DNA of 64,000 nucleotides from assembly GCF_963676685.1 (NCBI RefSeq), contig NC_092352.1:61380001-61444000 (forward strand). Reading direction: 5' to 3'. Source of the DNA: Mytilus edulis. Lineage: Eukaryota. Shown piece by piece: positions 14,201 to 25,091 of the stretch. The notes below the pieces were generated by a model. It was not told the DNA's origin. It saw only the letters and a program-made list of their open reading frames with translations, and searched no databases. The first letter of the stretch is position 1, and each line of letters begins with the position of its first letter. Made by a program: the position numbers and the translations under genes.

Positions 14201-14213
14201 ATCATGTGTTTAA
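2280..14213 (+). CDS. Receptor gene 1, isoform B: spliced type I membrane protein (signal peptide, EMI/EGF-like Cys-rich ectodomain, Thr-rich stalk, TM, Tyr-motif tail), 449 aa
   Basis: Exons 2280-2365 (MKYQIILFFCFGIRYSSQLDHLCYDKFT), 3565-3617 (RRDVCCDNYEWINRKCT), 4817-4925 (CKIGTTAEAGGRCLSCQNDTYGEKCGKKCDCNQTQ), 5528-5592 (CDAIVGCIPNTSTSTIKTTYT), 11401-11469 (NTEPAILLNKTITTKETTVMNS), 13246-14213. All introns are GT-AG with phases 2,1,2,1,1. Total 1350 nt, open throughout. Exon sizes and phases match the paralogs. Confidence 0.8.
6382..6424 (+). ncRNA. Minimal type I hammerhead ribozyme within a degenerate retrozyme-like repeat (about 6165-6460)
   Basis: acgtca CTGATGA gtc ttatata gac GAAA c acgc g TC| agcgt. 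Core at 6388-6394 and 6408-6411; the 3' strand of stem I is damaged. Confidence 0.75.
7534..9303 (+). CDS. Receptor gene 1, cassette A: stalk exon 7534-7602 plus TM/tail exon 8202-9303 carrying a 1-nt frameshift near 8486
   Basis: Exon 7534-7602 (PIEPTLLPNEKDTSNESTLTRN, cag|...|gtaagc) is in phase with exon 4. The exon from 8202 gives GAPDDWIIYTLCITSCFFVTGFGHLF (TM), homologous to the other TM exons. The frame stops at 8533 (237-aa isoform), while the homologous tail continues in the 8488/8530-9303 frame. Confidence 0.7.
8462..9190 (+). repeat. Coding tandem triplication, 249-bp (83-aa) unit, inside tail A
   Basis: Units begin catgaaagacaatct at 8462, 8701 and 8950. Protein unit HERQS...G[YN]FDLYFDMKED...HHAL...EPLS.Y.Q. 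Unit 1 is 239 nt, 10 nt shorter than unit 2, which gives the frameshift. Confidence 0.9.
10207..10973. mobile_element. Probable TTAA-flanked MITE
   Basis: ttaa|ggatgtac ... atacaccc|ttaa; short imperfect TIR. Confidence 0.45.
13246..14213 (+). CDS. Terminal exon B of gene 1: TM helix plus acidic cytoplasmic tail
   Basis: ORF 13221-14213 with acceptor tgaag|G at 13245/6. TM WIILTICITGCFIMAGFGYLICTF followed by RKR. Motifs YDEI, SHYETI, YLDP, YQPL, YEVP, NPTYEN, YINM. Confidence 0.88.
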
Positions 14214-14933
14214 ATTGTGTTTGATTATAAATAATCACAAAAATTAACCAATCAATCAGTTTACATGTCATGTTCTGTATATAATTAATAATGATTCGTA
14301 CTTCATTTGTACTTATGATGACAACACTATAAGTAGTGTCTGTATGTGGTATTTGAACATAACTGAAATTATCCGTAGTCGGAAAGGAGGTATACCTTTT
14401 TTTAACTTGTGTGTTACTTATATTTGATTAATATTAAAGCATTTCCGACTGCTTTTTAATTATGCACATATTTGGCCATACTTCAATCCAAAAGTTTAGT
14501 AGTAGGATCACTGTTCTCAACTATATGTTTACACTTTTCAGACCAGAAGCTGCACCGGAATAACTTTCAAAAATGTTTGAATATTTTCTTACAGAGAGTT
14601 GGAAGAAAAATTAGTAGGTTTTAGAACTTAGAAAAATAGTAAGGAACCTTGTTTTTGAATGACACATATAAATGATTTTCGTATTTTTGGGATATATTGT
14701 ATTAATTTGATATATTTGACCGTTTCTCTTACTTTGGACTATATCCATACTGTATGTTGCCCTCAAGAAACTAATTGTTCTTTAACTGTTTGCTCGTTTC
14801 GGTTGTTTTCTAATATCTTTTTATTCCTCGATAAAACATACCACACTAGCCTTTTTTTAGAAATACCAATTCTCAAGTACTCAAGAAGGGTTAGCAGACT
14901 CTACTCAACATGTGACATCCATCATGTTACTCA

Positions 14934-16477
14934 TTTTTGTCGAGCCTGCAACTTTTGTTGCAGAAAGCTCGACATAGGGATAGTGATCCGGCGGCGGCGG
15001 CGGCGGCGGCGACGGCGGCGGTGTTAGCTAACTTCTTAAAAGCTTTATATTTTAGAAGGTGGAAGACCTGGATGCTTCATACTTCGTTTATAGATGCCTC
15101 ATGTTACGAAGTTTCTGTCAGTCACATGTCCAATGTCCTTGACCTCATTCTCATGGTTCAGTGACCACTTGAAAAAAAAGTTCAGAATTTTTGTAATGTT
15201 GAATCCTCTCTTATTATAAGTAATAGGATAACTATATTTGGTATGTGCGTACCTTGCAAGGTCCTTATGCCTGTCAAACAGTTTTCACTTGACCTCGACC
15301 TCATTTCATGGATCAGTGAACAAGGTTAAGTTTTGGTGGTCAAGTCCATATCTCAGATACTATAAGCAATAGGGCTAGTATATTCGGTGTATGGAAGGAC
15401 TGTTAGGTGTACATGTCCAACTGGCAGGTGTCATCTGACCTTGACCTCATTTTCATGGTTCAGTGGTTATAGTTAAGTTTTTGTGTTTTGGTCTATTTTT
15501 CCCATACTTTGTGCAATAAGTCTACTATATTTGTTGTATGGAATGATTGTAAGGTGTACATGTCTAGCGGGCAGATGTCATCTGACCTTGACCTCATTTT
15601 CATGGTTCAGTGGTCAAAGTTAAGTTTTTGAGTTTTGTTCTTTTTATCTAATATTATATGCCAAAGGTCAACTATATTTGGTGTTTGGAATTATTTTATG
15701 ATCTATATGTAAGTCCCGCAGGTTTTATTTGACCATGACCTCAATTTCACGGTTCATTGCACAGTGTTAAGTTTTTGTGTTTTGGTCTGTTTTTCGTAAA
15801 CTATAAGTAATAGGTCAACTATATTTATTGTATGGAAGCATTGTTAGCTGTACATGTCTGCCTGGCATAGTTCATCTGACCTTGACCTCATTTTCATGGT
15901 TCAGTGGTTATAGTTAAGTGTTTGTGTTTTGGTCTTTTTTTCCCATACTTTGTGCAATAAGTATACTATATTTGTTGTATGGAATGATTGTAAGGTGTAC
16001 ATGTCTAGCGGGCAGATGTCATCTGACCTTGACCTCATTTTCATGGTTCAGTGGTCAAAGTTAAGTTTTTGAGTTTTGGTCTTTTTATCTAATATTATAT
16101 GCCAAAGGTCAACTATATTTGGTGTATGGAAATATTTTATGATCTATATGTAAGTCCCGCAGGTTTTATTTGACCATGATCTCAATTTCACGGTTCATTG
16201 CACAGTGTTAAGTTTTTGTGTTTTGGTCTGTTTTTCGTAAACTATAAGTAATAGGTCAACTATATTTATTGTATGGAAGCATTGTTAGCTGTACATGTCT
16301 GCCTGGCATGGTTCATCTGACCTTGACCTCATTTTCAAGGTTCATTTGTCTTTGTTTAACTATCTTGGTTTATGTTAAGTTTATGTGGCAGTTGTTAAAG
16401 CTTTATACTTAGGACTATCAACATAATATCAATGATTAGTAAAGAAGGCGAGACATTTCAGTGTGTGCACTCTTGTT
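14934..16477. mobile_element. Non-autonomous Helentron-like (HINE / pearl-type) element with an internal ~147-bp satellite array
   Basis: 5' hairpin GTCGAGC..TGCAACttttGTTGCA..GCTCGAC, then a (GGC)n microsatellite at about 14989-15020, about 9 monomers containing tgaccttgacctcattttcatggttca, a subterminal inverted match aggcgagaca, a 3' palindrome agtgtgtgcact, and T-rich ends. Confidence 0.75.
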
Positions 16478-16557
16478 AATATATATGTTGATAAGATATA
16501 TGAATTACTAAAATATCACGCTCTGATAGAGGGCAAGAGAGATCAGATTTGTCTTAA

Positions 16558-17255
16558 AGTCATATTAAACGAGCTTCTTAAAATTTTAGTGTTATCGAAA
16601 TTATTGAACCAATGCATGCATATATACTAAACTAAGTCTTACATGCACTTTTTTTATATTTTTATTTCACATCTATAACGTATAATCGACAAATATTTTT
16701 CTATTCACTGGTTTTGGAAAGCAAGCTTATACATTTTCGAGTTTGTTGCCGAAGTTTACCGGATCGTGATATTGATACAAATAAAAGCAGAACACGTGGA
16801 AAGCTCAACATATAAGAGAATTGTAAAGAGCCATGACATTTGTTTCTATATTTTCCAAGCGTTCACGTGTGTTAATTAATCTACTCCTTGACAGCTGATA
16901 AATGATTTGGTGCATCAAATTTGCTCTATAAGAATCTGTTATTTTTAATTATCTTCAAGAGCACTTATGTTTATATTCTTTCATCACGGTTTTTCTCCTC
17001 GTTCTTCGATATGTGTTTGCCGAAGCTATAACGAGAGGTATCCTAGTTAAGGTCACTGCATGTGGGAAAATATCGCCGAATTAGTGCATAGGAACGGAAT
17101 AATACAATATTGGTACGTTTATTAAAAATTTTATATTAATGATTTTTTTTTAAATTCACTTTCACTTCTGTAGTGGTAAAACTTAGCAATTTAAGTATTA
17201 AAAACTTGAACATGTTTAACGTTGTTTTTTTTTTATTTTGAAGTTTCATATGACT
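16558..17255. mobile_element. TTAA-flanked non-autonomous DNA transposon (Kolobok/piggyBac-like)
   Basis: ttaa|agtcatattaaac ... gtttcatatgact|ttaa. Confidence 0.7.
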
Positions 17256-18148
17256 TTAAACGCAAACACAACTGACATACAGAAAAAAAGACACAGATCA
17301 AAAAGTTCAGTTTGTTAAGAGGCTGTCCAAGTAAATTTTCAGGCAAATCCTATGATATGGGTGGCAAAACATAATTTCTTCCCATTGAATTTTTGGTTCC
17401 AATCGGTGTTTATATCATACAAAGGAGATATATGTCAAAGATATTTTTGAATCAACAGTGGATGGCTCAGAAAATAATTTTAAAGTTCACTAACAATGCA
17501 ACAAAATTTTGTACAAAATGAAGAGTTATCTCTCCTTTTCAATGAATTTTCAGTGCTTTCTATGTATTGTTTTTCTCTTTATTTGTTGCAGTTAATAAAA
17601 AAAAAACTAAATTTAACTTTGAGAAAGAATGAATTTGTAATATGAAATAGATGAACAAATTTTGAAAACAAAATATATCATGTGCCATCCACTGCCTGGT
17701 TTTTCCATTGACACCCTATTAAAAAGTCGAATTTAAATGCAAACCCATATAAGGATATTTTTTTAATGTGTTTCCTAAACCTGTTTGTACTGGAGTCTCA
17801 TTTGTATGAGAAATAAATTATACTTAAAATGTCACATTGTTCATATAACTCTTCCGCAATTATTCAAACCATTTTTCTACTGGTACTTCCGCAAATCAAT
17901 TTGATTTCCCATATGAAACTTTCATGAATCATCAAGGGATCTCTGTAGTTATTTGTGGAATCTGAAATTCAACATCATTTGGTGTTTGGTATTCTGTCAC
18001 AAATAACAAATACATGTATGTTTTTTGTTTATTCCAATACAATTTTAATCGAATACCACATCTTACATGTAGCCACGAGTTCTTCTCTCCGTAATAGATC
18101 AGTTTCTTCATTATTAACAATAATTCAATTAAGTAAAAAGCTCCACTG

Positions 18149-18516
18149 TAAAAGAGGGACGAAAGATACCAGAGGGACAGTCAAACTCATTAATCGAAAA
18201 TAAACTGACAACACCTGGCTAAAAATGAAAAAGACAAACAGACAAACAATAGAAAACAGGACACAACATAGAAAACTAACGAATAAGCAACACGAACTCC
18301 CCCAAAAACTAGGGGTGATCTCAGGTGCTCCGTAAAGGTAAGAAGATCCTGCATCACATGTGGCATTGCGTGTTGCTTATGTTATAACAAATCTGGTATA
18401 GTTTAATAGTCTAATTCGGTAGGTCATTCATGATAGTGAAGGGGATTGTAGTTACGACGAAAAGAACATATCTGATATCATTTGTGAAACGGTTATTCTA
18501 TAACGGTCAACCAACT
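18149..18516 (-). mobile_element. Penelope-like element 3'-end fragment
   Basis: High similarity to 23514-23875 (aaagagggacgaaagatacc...ggttattc.ataacggt.aaccaact). Confidence 0.8.
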
Positions 18517-19639
18517 TAAATATTATCTTTGTAGTTTAAATATTTTGAAAAAAGGCCTTCAACACGACTCTTAAATATGACATAGTCAAACTGCGGAATG
18601 ATGTGGTCGTATCAAGCATTTAGTTTTTTTCGTTTCAACATAATGGAATATTTTTGATTATTTTTTTTTTAGCTCAGAAATCTTTTAACGTATTTGTGCT
18701 GTAAATTAAGGTCATGATCATGATGTTTGAAGCATGTGTTTACTTTCAAAAACACGTTAAATCATGGAAATCACATTTGAGTATAGTTTATAAAAAAATG
18801 AAAATTGTTGGATCGACTTACTTATTTTTTTTTCTATTTTTTTAGACAATGTCAGCATATTGTTTTCATTCAGTAATTCAATATTCACACTTAAATGAGT
18901 AATTGCCTTTTAAAGAAACCGTTTTTGGAAATATGAACTGCGAGTTTAAAATTCTTCCATCATCTCTTAAAAGAACATTCCACTAGCTCACGATATCTAC
19001 TTTCAGATTTATTTTTTAACTTCAATTGATTTGATATAAGCTCCACTGACTATTCTTATGGCGATCATTATTTAGTTGAAAGGGGTTGGCTGCTATCTAG
19101 AAACATAATTTCCTCAAATGGTTCCTAGTTGTCTTTTTAAAACTTGCATAGACGACATCACGGGTTGGTTGATTGTTGTGGAGTATTATGATGACCACGT
19201 ATGTGTTTCAATAGTCGTAACCACACTCCTGACCTCATGTCTTCGATTGTGACTGATAACCAAACATACCATTAGCAACACATTAAATGCCACATGTGCA
19301 GCAGAATCTATTTACCTTTACGGAGCACCAGATATTGTTCCAGGTTTCCGTTGGGTTCGTGTTAGTTTGCTAGAATGAAACAGCATACATTCTTCATTTT
19401 TCGCAATTTCATTGTTGCTAAAATGTTTAAATTACGAAAGCACTAATTTAAAATTTCTGTTTCAAGCGCCACAGTTGAGTCCTGTGTTGACGAATCCTAC
19501 GTCTTGCTTTTAACATAATTATCCGTGTATCTTTGGTATTTTTGGTTATTTGTACACAGTAATTGTTAAGCAAAATTACCGACTGCAAGTTTTGTTTCAA
19601 TTTCAATCATTATCTTTAGGTAGCCTAATATAAGTGGTA

Positions 19640-20180
19640 AATAAAGGCAACAGTAGTATACCGCTGTTCAAAACTCATAAATCCATGGACAAAAAACAAA
19701 ATCGGGGTAACAAACCAAAACCGAGCGAAACGCATTAAATATAAGAGGAGAACAACGACACAACATCGAAACGCAACACACACAGAAACAGACCAATCAT
19801 CAGACAAAACACCACGAGAATAACAAATGTAACATGAAAACCAAATACATGAATTTGGGATAGACAAGTACCGTGCCACGTCTTATCTCAATATCTCAAA
19901 AATAAGAGAAAACACAAACGACTCAACGTTAAAATGCAACACAAAGAGAAACGAACAATATATAACAATGACCATCTTCCTGACTTGGTACAGGACACTT
20001 TTAAAGGGGAATAAAAGTGGTGGGTTGAACCTGGTTTTAAGGCATGCCAAACCTCGCACTTTAATGGCAAAGTTAAATATAACATTGAAATGACAACATA
20101 ATATTACAGGACTACAATACAAATAAATAGGAGAACATATTAGACACAGAAAAACATGATTAATAGATAACAAAAAGCAT
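19640..20180. repeat. Interspersed repeat (aataaaggcaacagtagtataccgctgttcaaaactcata family)
   Basis: Identical start at 41750-41789. The cctgacttggtacagg segment is shared with about 25670-25815 and 43320-43500. Confidence 0.6.
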
Positions 20181-20189
20181 CAGGTTTAA

Positions 20190-20710
20190 AATTCAATACG
20201 CCAAAAACGCGCCTTGCCCACACAAGACTCACCAGTGACGCCCAGATATAAAAGATCGAAAGTGAAAAAAGTACAAAGTTGTACAGCACTGAAGATCAAA
20301 AGTTGAAAAGGTTTCGCAAAATACGGCATTGTTTTTATGCCCGGGATAAGAACATTCTTATTATATAGAACAATTCATGCTATTGCAAACAGTAAATTTT
20401 ATCAAATGAATATGAAAGAGATATACACAAAGAAACTAAAGTATTTACTAATTACAGAAAACTAAACCTGAATACATAACGCCTAGATATAAAAGATCGA
20501 ACGTGAAAAAGGTACAAAGTTGTACAGCACTGAAGATTAAAAGTTGAAAAGGTTTTGACAAATACGGCATTGTTTTTATGCACGGGATAAGAACATCCTT
20601 ATTATATAGAATACTTAATGCTATTGCAAACAGTAAATGTTAACAAATGAATATGAAAGAGATATACATAATGAAACTAAAATATTAACTAATTACAGAA
20701 AACTAAACCC
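20190..20710 (-). repeat. Diverged retrozyme-related sequence with a degenerate hammerhead and a 241-bp tandem duplication
   Basis: Minus strand gcgtca ctggtga gtc...ggc aagg at about 20198-20241. Units start gccc/tagatataaaagatcgaa at 20240 and 20481. Confidence 0.65.
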
Positions 20711-21299
20711 AAGTTTATCACAAAATAGACACACATCCGAATCAGTCCAAGCGTCAACGTTATTAAAAAAATTGTGACGTCACATACGATGGCGAAAAGG
20801 CAGAAACGTTATGCCACATTTGAATTTATGAAATTTAGAAACAGCATGACGTCACATATGAAAAACTATCATTCAAAAATGAGATAGAATTAGGATTGAT
20901 TTAGAACTAAATACTGATAATTCATTTAAACAAAATGCATATTGCAATACTTATTAATAGCAATTAACAGTAATATATATATGTCCAGTTTGTAATGAAT
21001 CCAACTTCAAACGTAAATAATCGTACAAAATTTAATATAATTAATAAAGAGGAGGTGGTTAATTTTTCTATACGTCATACCTAAATATATAATAAGAAGA
21101 CGTCAACACATTTGACAAAATCTGATGAGAATTACAAATATAACATTAAACATGTAAACTAAATACATGAATTTGGGATAAACAAGTACAGAAACACGTC
21201 TTATAGTAATGCGAATTCACATTCAGCAAAACGGTCACAATCGGGAATAAGTCACGTTTGGTAATTAAAAGATTAGACGACATAATGACAAACCACAAT

Positions 21300-21506
21300 C
21301 TACCATGTGGTAAAAATGTCCTTAGCTAGTTTGGTTAAAGAGACATTATATGGATCAACCAATTCGTGATGGTGTCCATAAAATTTACGGAGTGTCAATT
21401 TTAATCTGTCCTCCTCATAACTTTGTTGGAGCAGTTTCTGCGTAAGGAGCACACTCCTGTATATGAAGTCCGTATAGTGTGAACAAGCACGTGAATAACG
21501 TATCAA
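21300..21506 (-). mobile_element. Penelope-like RT C-terminal fragment (different subfamily)
   Basis: LIRYSRACSHYTDFIYRSVLLTQKLLQQSYEEDRLKLTLRKFYGHHHELV is homologous to the end of ORF 23811-24236. Confidence 0.75.
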
Positions 21507-23099
21507 GGTTAATATGATCATCAACCTAAATAAAATTTTCCTAAATTTTCACAAAAAAATTACATAATACATGTTATACTTCAGAACGGACATAAAACAA
21601 ATGTCTTGCAAATTTACATTTGAATACAAACTTAGTTGTCTATCTTCTGTCAATCAATGGAATAATTTTGCTAAATATAATTGTTTATGATTGTAAAGTA
21701 TAAATTATTGATGCTGTTCCTTATTTCCCGTATAGATTATACTCGATTATTTTTTGGACCTTAGAACTTTTCGCACAAAAATACTGCAATGAGAGACTTC
21801 AAAAAGTGGTGTTATGGAAAAAATATCTGTGATTTCCCCAAAAAATTCTAATAGATGTGAGCAAAATCTTAGAAGATTTTGTAAATTAAAATCTATGAAA
21901 AAAAAATATTTTGAAAGATATATAAACAATTAATTATTAAGCATTGTTTTAAAAGAGTTTAAGATATTTTATCTGGTTATTATGAAAAATATTATTATCT
22001 GAGAGTTTCTTAAACTTAATAATTAATAATCAACCACTTATTTACTTTTAGGCTAGATATATAACCATGACTGTTTACAGTGACAAAAAATCCTATTATA
22101 AAGATTTGACAGAACACACAACAGAGTACATGGAAACAAATATGAAAATCAACATTCAATAAGTAAATGTTTTGATAGACACTAACTCAAAATTATTTAA
22201 CGGTCTAAAACATAAAAATATCGGTGAACATTTCTACAGCTTATATCTTTTATGTACGTATACATAAAATCATCAGCTGTTAAAAGCCCAATGCTATGAT
22301 GACCTATTTAAACATAAGCGCATACATTATTTATGACGAACTTACATGACTTTTGTGATATCCTACTAAATTATTGATATACAAGTCGGTGAGGGATACA
22401 ACGATTCCTATAACTTAAACAATAGTATTCACTTTACATGTACATTGTTGTTGTATATAAGAACCGAGAAGAGACATCCCTTGTTAAATATTCGTACGAT
22501 ATATGACACAAAACAATTTATATATCACCTTTCGAAATATGGAAAGAAACGTGTACCTTTACTTTAAAAGATACTTCGGTTTGATTTTGGACTTCTTGGT
22601 GTAAAAATACACGATTTTATGTTTCAATATTTTGCCGGCTAAAAACACTTTCAAACGAAAGATATATGTCCCTCTGTCTTTCGTTCAGTGTTCTTAATGT
22701 AATACAATTTGAATTAACTTAAGGTAGTTACCAAATTAGGATTAAAAGAAGATAATATTGTTGCAACATCATAGCAGACTGCTTTCCTGCCAATACAAAT
22801 GCATGAAGAAGCGTATATTTTTTCCTTGCAATATTTACAAAACATTCTAGAAGCAGTACTCAATCGAATGCCCAAGAAAACAAATAGCTATCGCCATTTA
22901 TTGTTTAAAACAAAGTAAAGTATTGTTTATTTAACTCAAACATTATGTATGTCCGAGTCAAATTAATGTACTTTCATAAACAAGATCTATGTTTTCTTGT
23001 GAAATTGATTCAAAATTCTCGCAACAGGGTTAATGATGTTAGTCCGTTTTCCATCAAAAAGTTACAGTTTCGACCTTAATGATATTTTCAACATTAAAG

Positions 23100-23149
23100 A
23101 ATTCCAGAGTGTAGCTTAAACTACGAAACTATCAGGTGTATATGCACAG
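23100..23149 (+). pseudogene. Orphan exon 2 of a decayed fourth receptor paralog
   Basis: aag|A ATT CCA GAG TGT AGC TTA AAC TAC GAA ACT ATC AGG TGT ATA TGC ACA G|gtaatt = IPECSLNYETIRCICT. It is 50 nt with the same phases as exon 2 of genes 2 and 3 (LEDCCHNYEDIKGICR, LHDCCFNFEAIKGICK). The upstream intron resembles gene 3 intron 1. Confidence 0.7.
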
Positions 23150-23376
23150 GTAATTTGTAAAAGACTTCCGGGCTGAAATCTTTATCAAACGGTTACATTA
23201 TTAATTTCGGTCGTTGCTGTTGCTATTGGATGGTCATTTCACAAGAGTATCATTGCCATTCATGTACTAGAAGTTTTGAAGGATGGTTGCTACTGGAAAT
23301 TTGTCAGTGAATCTTTTTTTCCTGAAAGGAAGATAACACCAAATAGTAATCAAAGGTACCAGGATTATTATTTAGT

Positions 23377-23420
23377 ACGCCAGACTCACGTTTCGTCTAC
23401 ATAAGACTCATCAGTGACGC
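23377..23420 (-). ncRNA. Minimal type I hammerhead ribozyme
   Basis: Minus strand gcgtca CTGATGA gtc ttatgta gac GAAA c gtga g TC| tggcgt: intact core, stem II, 1-bp stem III, GUC cleavage site, stem I. Confidence 0.85.
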
Positions 23421-23513
23421 TCATATCGAAATATATATAAGTCAAACAAGTACAAAGTTGAAGAGCATTGAAGATCCAAATTCTAAAAAGTTGTGCCACA
23501 TACGGCTAAGGTA

Positions 23514-25091
23514 AAAGAGGGACGAAAGATACCAAAGGGACAGTCAAACTCATAAATCTAAAACAAACTGACAACGCCATAGCTAAAAATGAAAAGGACA
23601 AACAAACAAGAGCACACACGACACAACATAGAAAACTAAAGAATAAACAACACGAACCCCACCAAAAAACTAGGGGTGATCTGAGGTGCTCCGGAAGGGT
23701 AAGCAGATCCTGCTCCACATGTGGCACCCGTCGTGTTGCTTATGTGATAACAAATCCGGTAAATAGTCTAATTCGATAGGTCACATTCATGAAAGGGAAG
23801 GGAATTGTAGTTACGACGTAAGGAACATATCCGATATCATTTGTGAAACGGTTATTCCATAACGGTTAACCAACTCGTTATGGCGTCCGTAAAATTTACG
23901 AAGGGATGATTTCAACTTCACCATTTGGAACTCTTGGTTTAATAGCTTCCTTGTGAGCAGCAACCCTCTATCAAGAAAATCATGATAGGAAATGCAAGCA
24001 CGGGAATATCGTATCAGTTGGGAGATATATACCCCGTATGCAGGTGCTGCTGGAATGTTGCTACTTAGAAATGGAAAGTTCACAATTGGAAAGCTGAAAT
24101 CATCTCTTTTGTCGTAAAGTTTTGTTTTCAACCGACCCTCATTGTCAATTTCTAGATGTAAGTCAAGATATGAGGCCGACTTAACTGTATCTGTAGTATC
24201 CTTTATATCTAGCTCGATTGGATAGATGCGTTCCACATAGTCACCAAATTTTGAATTATTTAGTTAAAGAACATCATCTATGTAGCGAAAAGTAGAGTTA
24301 AAGGATATTGCTAACTTCTTATCTTTCTTCCTAAGAAGTTCTTGCAAGAAGTCAGCCTCATAATAATAAAGAAACACGTCGGCAAGTAGAGGGACACAGT
24401 TTGTTCCCATTGAAATGCCGACAGTCTGTTGAAAAACACGTCCTCCGAACGTAACAAATATGTTGTCAATCAAGAAATCAAGCATCTTGATGATATCAGT
24501 TTCAGAGAATTTTTTGTTCGAATCAGAGTGATCCTTTACAATGTAGGATTTATCCCTCCCTAAGACAAGATACTTGTATCTACGTTGGCCATTCTCTTTT
24601 ACGAAGCAAAGCAATACCAACTCTTTGAATTTGTCTTTTAGTTTGGAATGTGGAATACTAGTGTAAAGAGTAGAAAAGTCAAATGTTTTAATACTGTTAC
24701 ACGATGAAAGAGAGTTAGATTGTATGTACTCTAAAAGATCTATGGAATTTTTAAGTATCCACATCTGATTCACGCCCCCTCTAGAATAGGCAGTTTCACA
24801 ATAACTTTGAAGCCCGCCTGTGATTGCTGATAAAATAGATGTTAATAATTTCGAAAGAGGTTTTGTGGAGCACTTGGAAGACCCAGCAATATACCGTTGT
24901 TTGTAAGGACACTTATGTAGTTTAGGTATCCAATATAGTGATGGCAGATCCAGTTCTTCATCTTTGGTTGAAATTCCAAAGGAACACAGAACAGACCTAT
25001 GATTATCCAGGATTTCCTCTTTGGTAAGTGTCGTGAGGGTATATGTTGAGTTTCCAAGTGAATTGTAAATACCTAATTCGTTTATCAAGCA
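23514..25091 (-). mobile_element. 5'-truncated Penelope-like retroelement (probably Naiad-type): reverse transcriptase pseudogene plus 3' UTR
   Basis: ORFs 24264-25190 and 23811-24236 are in the same frame, separated by one TAA. PLE-type RT motifs LYWIPKLHK, FDFSTLYT, GISMGTN, FRYIDDVL, YLDL, LYDKRDDF, SQLIRYSRAC. No GIY-YIG domain follows the RT. The 3' UTR at 23810-23514 recurs across the window. Confidence 0.85.

Noticed and set aside
14659-15164. ORFs with poly-Arg / poly-Ala tracts
   Set aside because: They are translations of the (GGC)n microsatellite in the HINE-like element.
15130-16345. Regularly spaced repeats resembling a CRISPR array
   Set aside because: The intervening sequences are homologous to each other, there are no cas genes, and the context is eukaryotic. 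It is a satellite.
23506-23727. Hydrophobic Cys-rich ORF family (also at 41883 and 56410)
   Set aside because: These are translations of the PLE 3' UTR repeat, with inconsistent frames between copies.
24264-24266. In-frame stop in the PLE RT as possible selenocysteine recoding (reported for some Naiad elements)
   Set aside because: The stop is TAA, not TGA. The copy is 5'-truncated and has other decay (GISMG), so this is an ordinary nonsense mutation.
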